Below are positions 13,101-21,700 of a stretch of DNA of 64,000 bases, piece by piece. Position 1 is the first letter of the stretch. Each line of letters opens with the position of its first letter. The position numbers and the translations under genes were made by a program. The DNA is from Saccostrea cucullata. Taxonomy: Eukaryota. The notes beneath the pieces were generated by a model. That model had not been told where the DNA came from. It did no database searches and saw only the letters and a list, made by a program, of their open reading frames with translations. The stretch spans positions 62,001-126,000 of the forward strand of contig NW_026939164.1 of assembly GCF_032062105.1 (NCBI RefSeq), read 5' to 3'.

Positions 13101-14540
13101 TTGTTTTTTGTTTTTTCCCAGAATCGTCTTCGTGAGAGTTTAAGTCTGTTTAGGGGGATATGCAATAATAGATTCTTCAGAGAGGCAGCTATGGTAAGGG
13201 CAATAACTCTTCTTTCTGTCAAATAAATAGATCTCTTACTCTGTCAATGCATTGAATATATTTGTATTATTATATTGCAGATACTTTTTCTTAATAAGCT
13301 GGATTTGTTCAAAGATAAAATTCGCTATTCTGGTCGACATTTAAGGCTTTTCTTTGAAGAATATAGAGGTGAGTTTATATATATCAATATTTTATTTATG
13401 AAAAAGAGTTGACAAGAGTTTTTGTTTAGCTTTGATAAATAAAAAGTGTTTTGAATATGTTTTCAAGTGCATTTGAGTGTTGAAGGGGAAATAAAAGCCT
13501 TAGTTTATAGCATTATTAAGTCTACATTAAACATGCTATGTAATATTCTTGAGTAATGGTTAAAAGAAGCATTCTTGAGGCATTAACAGAAATAGAAATT
13601 AAAAATATATCTTGAATGTTTATTTAAACAATAAAATGCTTTCTTTGTTTGTTATTACTGGAATTAATGGAAGCAGCTGTTGCAGAAAAAATACTTAACC
13701 CGCGTAAGCGGGTTATGTAATTTTTTTTCTGAAAGAGCTGCGACCGTAAATTCCAGTAATAACAAACAAAGACAAACATTTTATTGTTTATATTAATATA
13801 TGTTTAAATAATCATTTAAAGTAGGATTAAAAAGATTAATTATTGTATTAATGATGCGAACATCTTTATACGTTTCATTGATGGAACAGCCACTGATCAA
13901 ATAATCTGTACAGGCGACATGCCTAATGTAGTTCATGCAGTGATTAACGCAATGGGTTTTGGTAAGAAATAAAGGAGAAAATATTCAGTGGATGTAAATA
14001 CAGTGGATCTTCAGATATCCGGATGCTTCAGTATCCGGACGATTTTTCTTCGGAACGGAATTTTTTAATATTATTTTGTCTTGTTTAACTGGTGATTCAG
14101 GTATCTGGACGCTTCACATATCTGGACAAATTGACTGGGAACCAAAGCGTCTGGATAAATGAGGCTCCACTGTATAAGGAAGTTACTGAAACCTGGAATT
14201 TTGCTTTCCAATAACCATGAATATTCTTGATATCTGTGTAAAAATCATGGCAAAAAGTCTTCTGCATTATTTGTATAAATTCCTTCATAGCAAGAAGTCC
14301 TTTTAAGCAAGTCTTCATAACCATGTTTTACTATCTTTGTTCCTTGTAGGGAAAGACAAAGATGTGAAATCAGCAGCCATATTTATTCAGCAACAGTTTA
14401 TGGATCAAAATACAGTAGCGTCCAAAGTCATCTATCCACATTTCACCACCGCCACGGATACAAGCAATATTCAAGTGGTTTTTCAGGTCGTCATGGATTC
14501 CATACTCAGAGACAATCTCAGAAAAGCCTCCATTTTATAG
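7018..14540 (+). CDS. gnav1: G-protein alpha subunit, Gv class; 5'-partial (exon 1 not in window). join(7018-7109,10856-10948,11205-11365,12545-12673,12826-12955,13122-13193,13281-13368,14350-14540)
   Basis: Eight GT-AG-bounded exons splice in frame. They give all G boxes ([37 protein letters not shown]) and segments I recognise as Gv-like ([51 protein letters not shown]). Ends NLRKASIL*. Confidence 0.93.
10856..10948 (+). CDS. gnav1: Galpha-v exon 3
   Basis: tacag|[31 protein letters not shown]|gtaaat. Confidence 0.92.
11205..11365 (+). CDS. gnav1: Galpha-v exon 4
   Basis: ttcag|[53 protein letters not shown](Y)|gtaagt. Confidence 0.92.
12545..12673 (+). CDS. gnav1: Galpha-v exon 5 (switch I)
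   Basis: ttcag|[42 protein letters not shown](R)|gtaac. Confidence 0.93.
12826..12955 (+). CDS. gnav1: Galpha-v exon 6 (switch II)
   Basis: tatag|[43 protein letters not shown]|gtacg. Confidence 0.94.
13122..13193 (+). CDS. gnav1: Galpha-v exon 7
   Basis: cccag|[24 protein letters not shown]|gtaagg. Confidence 0.92.
13281..13368 (+). CDS. gnav1: Galpha-v exon 8 (NKxD)
   Basis: tgcag|[29 protein letters not shown](G)|gtgagt. Confidence 0.93.
13625..13790. mobile_element. Fold-back palindromic element (non-autonomous DNA transposon, possibly Crypton-like)
   Basis: About 80-bp inverted arms (TAAACAATAAAATG...TTACTGGAATT / AATTCCAGTAA...CATTTTATTGTTTA) around a central AACCCGC-GTAA-GCGGGTT hairpin. 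Confidence 0.7.
14001..14172. mobile_element. Tc1/mariner-type MITE
   Basis: TA|CAGTGGA...TCCACTG|TA; about 28-bp imperfect TIRs, TA TSD, internal ATCCGGA/ATCTGGAC subrepeats. Confidence 0.8.
14350..14540 (+). CDS. gnav1: Galpha-v exon 9 (terminal coding exon)
   Basis: tgtag|[62 protein letters not shown]. Confidence 0.94.
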
Positions 14541-16003
14541 CTGTCGCTTCCTTCAAATCCATTGCATTCACTCTCAAATTATTGCCGTCATGAAGGAAAA
14601 CATGTCTTCCAATACAAAGTCTCACCTTCATCTAGTAACTTATCCATATTATTTAAAGCACCTGTTGGTAAATATTAAGTTTATGAAATACTTATCTCCC
14701 AATTCATAAGCACAAACTTTTGTATGAACATTGTCTACACATAAGCATGTAATGCAGCCGGTGCACATGTAGTATCCAGAGGTTTTCATTATAACTTTAT
14801 TGTTTCAATTCTCATTTTTCACCTGCCTCAAAGGCACACTGTCAAGTATTCTCTCAAACATTTTTTTTTTTCAAGCATTTCACAACACTGCCAGTGTGGT
14901 ATTATGCATTTTGTAAATATAAAAATAGTTAGCTCAAGGGAGAAAACTTAAAGAAGTCTCTCAGACTGTGTGAAAAAATGATTTTTAACCATTCTAAACC
15001 TGGTCTACTGTGTATGTATGTATGCATATTTCAAATATTACCTTGTGGCTTATTTGATTTAATGGATCTCAGTCAAGTCATTTTTTAAGTATTTATAGTA
15101 TTTTTTGTATACTTTGTACTTATATTTGACAGTGACTTGCAGTCGGTACTAAGATGACAAAAAGTAGAAAGAATTACAGTTTCTTTGTTTCTGGAATGTT
15201 TTTTTTTTTAAATTCCATAAAGAAGACTTTTTATAGACATTCCATATTTTATATCTAATGTTGTTATTTTTTAAAACCGTATGTATTTATGATGTATGTG
15301 TATATTTTAAATATTTTTATTTTAACACTTGTTAAAGAATTTACATATAATTTTATAGTGCTAAATTTTAGAAAAGGTCTAACTGTTGTACATAGTTTTT
15401 ACTAATGCTGTAATACAAATATTCTGACTCAGTTTACATAATTTAAATTATTCAGAGACTAGGGGAAATAACCCCTTTTTCTGTTTCAGTTTTTAAACCC
15501 TCACCTTATGAAGTATAGCTACGCAATTTGACAAATTTCAATTTTTGTTATTCTCAATATTACAAGCATCAACATTGTTTGATTTATTTTATGTCTGCAT
15601 AAGTAATTTTTTTTTCAGTTGTAATGTAGATTGGATGAACAGGACATGTGCAAGAAATATTTTAATGATACAAATGCATGTTAGACATAGTTGAAATACA
15701 TGTATCACTTAAATTTTCACAAGAATTTAGGTCAATTCCCTTTAGAGAAATGTTTCATACAACTTTTAAAAAAAAAAAAAACCCTCCTTTTTTGAACTGA
15801 AAGTAATATTTTTGCAAAAGAACAAAAAAATGAAATTTCTCTAACATTTTTACTGTTGCTAGTCTACATTATACCTGATTACCAACAATGTCTTGTGCTG
15901 TTCATTATTTTCAGGGTACTTCAGCATGCACCATCTATTTCATGAGATGTTATTTTGTTACAAAACAGTGATGCTACAAAAATGTATAATTTTTGATAAA
16001 AAA

Positions 16004-16009
16004 AATAAA
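16004..16009 (+). terminator. Candidate polyadenylation signal (AATAAA) of Galpha-v
   Basis: AATAAA after about 1.46 kb of AU/U-rich 3'UTR-like sequence, followed by a T-rich stretch; position inferred only. Confidence 0.35.
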
Positions 16010-16088
16010 CAATAATGTATTTGAAATTTATTTTATTACTTCACAGAACAAGTGCTTCCAACTTAGAAGTTTTTATCCTTAAATATAA

Positions 16089-16620
16089 TGAAAAGGGTGA
16101 AAATAATGAAAAATGAACAATCTCATAAAATATGCAAATATTATAAGTATACAAACAGGGCACTAACACGGACCCCTGAAAATACCAGAGGTGGGATCAG
16201 GTGCCTAGGAGGAGTAAGAACCCCCTGTTGACCTGTTGTCACACTCGCTTTAGAAGAACATTCCATAGTCAAATTTAGTACAAAAAAACAAAGGCAAAAC
16301 AATTGGAATGAAACAAGTAAGCCAATATACGACCCTGTGAAAGGTTATTTTTGCTAATAAGGTCTTTAAAATGAGTATAGAATTTATGAAATGCTGACCT
16401 AAAACAAGGTTGTTAAATCTCCTGTTACATCAGCTTATGTGCATGTAGCCTGCCTCGGTTCAAAACATGATCGTATAAAGAGTAGTGAATAAGTTGAGAC
16501 AAAAACACAATATGCAGATGATAACAGAATATCACAATGTTATACATACACGGAAATAAAGAAAGTTTACTTGTTAGTGTGTCCTTGTCATCTTGAGTCA
16601 GAAAAAACATCCAACATGCT
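16089..16620 (-). mobile_element. Penelope-like element 3' fragment (divergent subfamily)
   Basis: CACGGACCCCTG..AGAGGTGGGATCAGGTGCCTAGGAGGAGTAAG terminal motif plus decayed RT C-terminus. Confidence 0.7.
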
Positions 16621-17132
16621 TGCTGAATTAAATTCTTTAGATTCAGAATGGTGATAATTTCATTGCATAAAATACTAACATAATAGAATGACCATGTGAG
16701 TTATTGAATAACCATAATATTTTATAGCTTCTGTGTTATTTTCCCAAATAGAAAAGTATATGATTTGAAAAAATTGTCTCTCTTCTTTGGAGAAATTACT
16801 CTTAAAATTCCGATCATCGACACTGTTCATTTTAAACACTGTGGTTGATTTCGTTATACTTTAATATAAGTGAAAATGTGCTTTATTCTATTATACTGTG
16901 CAAAATGTTATGAATCGGTAAATTTTTTTTAGTTGATTTAAGGTTTGTTGATAATGAAACAGATGGAAAAATATTAAGATATATCCAAGAAAGTTCAAAC
17001 AATTATATTTTTTGCATAAGTGGACTAATAATATGTAGGACCATGATTGTTGTATTAATTCTAAGGAGTTCAGATAATGCGTGACTAAAAAGAAAGAACG
17101 AATTCAACAGTCGTAAGACAAGATAAATTCAA

Positions 17133-17385
17133 AGGCGGATCCAGGGCCGTCGCGCCATGCGTGCCCCCCCCCCCCGTTTGAAATTTTTGTAGGTAAAATT
17201 TATATGTCCATTATCCTAAAATCAAGGAAAAAACATATCTCTTATTTGTAAGAACTTGTCAACTTCCGGGGCTTCGCCTCCGGACCCCCAAAAGAACCTT
17301 GCCTTAGACCCACTGGGGGCTTCAGTACAGCCGCCAGAACTGCCCCCCCCCCCCCCCCCCCCCCGTTACAAAATTCCTGACACTG
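17133..17385. mobile_element. GC-rich MITE-like relic with poly-C tracts
   Basis: Starts GGCGGATCCAG, has an internal CCGGGGCTTCGCCTCCGG hairpin and C-runs at about 17164-17175 and 17343-17364; right end degenerate. Confidence 0.45.
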
Positions 17386-17689
17386 AAATTTGCTGCAAAA
17401 ATGTTAATTAGAAGAACTTTGTCTTAAATTTTGTTTTTACATAGCAAACCAGAAACTAGCATCAAATATAGATAATGAACAAGAAATGATCTTTTGAATT
17501 TAAGTTAATTTTTTTTTATTTAACAAGGGGTATATGCTTTACACTAACATATAAATACAAGTACATGTTTATCTTTCAACGAGAGAAACTAAAAAAAAAA
17601 TAGAATATTTAAAAGATATCATTAATACGATTATATAGGGTATCTTTGATATTATAAGGATGCCTTTTAAATTTATTTTCGTATTCATA

Positions 17690-17690
<1 letters not shown>

Positions 17691-17716
<26 letters not shown>
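17691..17716. repeat. (GA)13 microsatellite
   Basis: Direct reading. Confidence 0.95.
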
Positions 17717-17720
<4 letters not shown>

Positions 17721-17788
17721 TCATAGAATCACTTTTGTTTACAGAGTACCAAAAATATTTAGGTTAATAAATACATGTCACAGGCACC

Positions 17789-17894
17789 TGACGTTAGTAA
17801 TTATTTTTCTTTTAATAAAATAAAATATATACACATATCACATAATTAGGTATGTGTATATTTTTTTTTATTAAAAGAAAAATAAGTAACGTCA
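17789..17894. repeat. About 105-bp imperfect palindrome
   Basis: TGACGTTA..TTATTTTTCTTTTAATAAAA..ATATACACATA / TATGTGTATAT..TTTTATTAAAAGAAAAATAA..TAACGTCA. Confidence 0.8.
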
Positions 17895-18084
17895 AACTTT
17901 TTTTTAAAGCAAACTTTTTTTTGAGTGACACAAAACGTAATGGTATGAATGAAAGAAAAGCGATATTACTGATAAACAAAGTTAACAATGCTTTCAGAAA
18001 GAAAACTCTTTGTATAATTCCAACTTAATTGAATGCATTTTAAACCATTGTTAAATTGTTCAGGGAAAAAAAATTAAATTGCAT

Positions 18085-18143
18085 CTGAGTGTTCCATGTG
18101 GTTGCACTCTTTTGAACAGTGAGTCAAGTCTGGATTTCTGAAG
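18085..18143 (+). other. Possible non-coding 5'UTR exon of HSPA12-like gene
   Basis: Good donor AAG|gtaggt at 18143/4 and an acceptor ctccag| at 18440, 18 nt before ATG 18458; the 5' boundary is a guess. Confidence 0.3.
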
Positions 18144-18457
18144 GTAGGTTTGAAATATGTTTTAATGAATGGATAAAATGTTCATTATTCTTGATATTCA
18201 TATATCAATGTTCATTTATATTTAGCTATTTTAGACACTATAATATATATACGCATACTTTTTATTCCCAAATGTCTATTCAATCTATGATGTGAGAAAT
18301 CACGTTTAAATCATTTCCATTTAACGCGCTAAACTTATTTATCTTGACCTATAGACTTTTTTTTTTACCCCAACAAAATGCATAGATGAATACATTAAAA
18401 TAATTCTAAATAATTTGAATGTCTGCAGAAACTTCTCCAGCTATTTTTACTTTCGTT

Positions 18458-18775
18458 ATGGCACACAAACCACTAACGAACTACAAGGCATGTGTTGCAA
18501 TAGACATCGGAACCACAGGGACAGGATACGCATACAAGATTTTAGGCGATTTAGGCTCAGACCAGATGGAAGTAACTTTAAACAACAAATGGACAGAGGA
18601 GTCACAGGGCCTTCTCGCCATTAAAGCGCCTACTTGCCTACTGCTTGACCCAAAGATGACCTTTAACGCCTTCGGCTACGAGGCAGAAAATAAGTACTCA
18701 GAATTAGCTGCAGAGGGATTGCACAGGGACTGGTATTATTTTGAGAGGTTCAAATTACAACTATTTAAAAACAAG
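18458..18775 (+). CDS. HSPA12: HSPA12-like coding exon 1
   Basis: MAHKPLTNYKACVAIDIGTTG...RFKLQLFKNK|gtcagt. Confidence 0.88.
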
Positions 18776-21700
18776 GTCAGTACCAAAATCTCTTTCCTTT
18801 TATTGCAATAGTACATAACTATGAAAGCCTATTAGAATCACTCTAAAGAGAAAAAATCGGCCAACAACATGTATTTGTCTTGTTTTTACCATGTCGAAAA
18901 CAATCAAAATGAAAAATTGTAAAAGTAAAAAGCTTGGATAAATAGGTATAAAATCTGTATTTTACTACACATTTTTTTCAAGCTTAAAAAAGCTTGCATC
19001 GAATATGAGATTATAGCTTTTACTGTCTTTTTACTTACTTTGATTATTTAAAAAAATACACAACTAAAGATTTTTCAAAATAAAATTTAAACCTTTAATG
19101 CATATACAACGATTTTTATTCTGCAATTTTGTGATCAATAACTGAAAATTCCGCACCATTTCAGTTTCTCTGTTGGTATACGGAAACACAACCTACAAAT
19201 TAGATATTTTTTTTCTATATAAGGCTTCGGTTTTCATCGTGATCGCTAGAAAATTAATACAGATAAACGCTAATCTAATAAAACTGCCAGATCTGGTCAA
19301 TTGATGAATTAATGATTAATCTATTTCATGGTCTTATGTGCTTAGAATCCGAAAAAAGATCTAAGGGGCAGCTTTATACCTGGTGATTTCTCAAACCTAA
19401 GTCTCGAAACCAATACCCAATAATCAAATCTCACGCTGGCTCGTTCAGCAACTTCCTGATTCCTGAATGGACTTTTGAATAGCAATAAAAATATCGTGTA
19501 CTTGTTTTAACGCTTCGTTCAATTTGCATGAAACATGTATAATTTCCGTCTTGGAACTCTTTTCCCTTTTCATTCAAAAAGATTACCCCAAGTCTGCAAA
19601 TTGAAGATGCCATTGGAAAGAAAGTTTCTGCACTTTTGGTTGTCACGGAGACCATAAAATACATCAAATCTCACGCGCAGCAGAAACTCATTCTTTACGA
19701 GCCAAGTATGAAAGAAAAAGAAGTCCAATGGGTTCTTACTGTGCCCAGTATCTGGGACACAGAGGCAAAAAACCTGATGAAATCGGCAGCTAATAAGGCA
19801 TGTATAATTGCATTTCTCTAGCTGTATCAGCGTTAAAGTTGGAAAACACAAGACTCTTATGCATAGAGCAACGGTTTTTCGTTAAAAATCGTCAAAAAAG
19901 TTTTTTTTTTTGGCCTAGGAAGAAGCAGGTCATTTTTTCAATATGCTTAAATATTTTTTTCAGATTGAAATTTTATTAGAAAAATGTCCTTTAATTTTGC
20001 AGGCTGGAATTCCCAACTCCAACCTGATAATCATCAGTGAGGCTGATGCCGCTTCCGTCTTCTGTATCTTCGCTAAAGCTGACAAGGGACATAAAGGCTT
20101 AGATTCACAGCCAGTAGGGACCAAGTATATGGTCATAGATATTGGAGGTACATTTGTAGTATTCTCTGTTATATCTTCATAAAAATGGCTCGATAATATT
20201 GACACCAGCCTTGCCTTGATCATTTATTTATTTTCATCCATTTTTAAAAATACCATTAATTTGTTCTTTATCTATTTGCCTTTTTAGGCATTTTAATTCA
20301 CAAATAAGTATATACTTTACATCATGTTATTATAGTTTGCAATTAAGTGTGAAGTTTTGCGTTACGTAACGATCTTTTTCGTCAGATGCATCCAGCGTAA
20401 ACAATATACATGTACGTGATTGGGCATCTCATATTATTAACATTGACACGGAAATAGTCTGTTGCACGAGCAACCAATCAGGAATGAGAAGAAAGTTCCA
20501 GTCGTAAAGCTTGCGGTTAGGAGGCGTGTACAATTTTCTTTGAGCGCAGCTGTCACCTAGATCGTGACGTAACGTAAAACTTCACACTTAACTGCAAACA
20601 ATGACATTTTTAAAATATGCAAAGCTAGGGAAACTTTGACATGAGGTTTCCTAATGAACATTTTTGTTAATTTTTAAGCTAAATGCTAAAAAAAATAATA
20701 GTTACAAGGTATCCAGGATTCTTTAGTCAGTATTATTTTTAACTGCAGTCTTATTTGTACACACAAGAACTGCAAAGTTAATTGTAAGAAGACGCACGAG
20801 TCTCTGATTAGCAATATACCAATTTCTAGGTCTTCGAGATTAGGACTTCCAACTCCTGTCACGATAAAGATCCCTCCCTGCTCAAAGGCCGTAAGTGCCG
20901 AGCATAGGCCTAAATTTGCAGCCCTTCACCGGCAATGGTGACGTCTCCATATCAGTGAAATATTCTGGAGAGGGACGTTAAACAGTATACAATCAATCAA
21001 TCAATCAATCCAAGTCCTGTCGAAAGTCCTCCCCTCCCATGGATGGCAATTGTACTCGGTACACGTTTTCACATGAAGCATAATATATTTCAAAACTCAC
21101 ACACGAGTAGAAAACACTCGCTTTCAGCTTGACAATTAGATAGAAATGACGTCGACGAATTATCAATCGGTTACTGTATTTCGATTAATGTCGACTCGAT
21201 ATATCCCACCAAAGTTGATATATTAGATACCACATAGTCTGATACATCCGTTTCATATTTGTATATTTATTAGAAAAAAAGTTACTGGTAACCTAAAAAC
21301 AAAACTTTTCCGAGAAATGTGATGAATTAAACTGTCAACTACCCCTACTTATGCACATTGTAGCAGTTTGATCTAATCGCATCATCTTGACCTTTCCAAC
21401 AAATGGAAAAAAACAACCTCGAAAACCTTTCTTTTTATGAAAGATTTCAATTAATGAAGGGAGACCTCTTATCTGTACAGTATGGCGATTAAAGACACTG
21501 AATGTATGGATATTGCCTAAAATCTACGATACAATAAGCTATGTCTAATCAATGATTACCTAAAAGGAATCGACCCCTTTTTGTATAGAATTTTAATATT
21601 CAGTTAGATGTTCATGTTAATACACTCTCGGTGTTGTCCGAACTTGCCGAAAAGACTCGAGAAGATGCGGTTGACCCTTATCACCTGCGTATGGGTTTTA

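Noticed and set aside
17900-18457. Heat-shock element upstream of HSPA12
   Set aside because: No convincing nGAAnnTTCn array seen.
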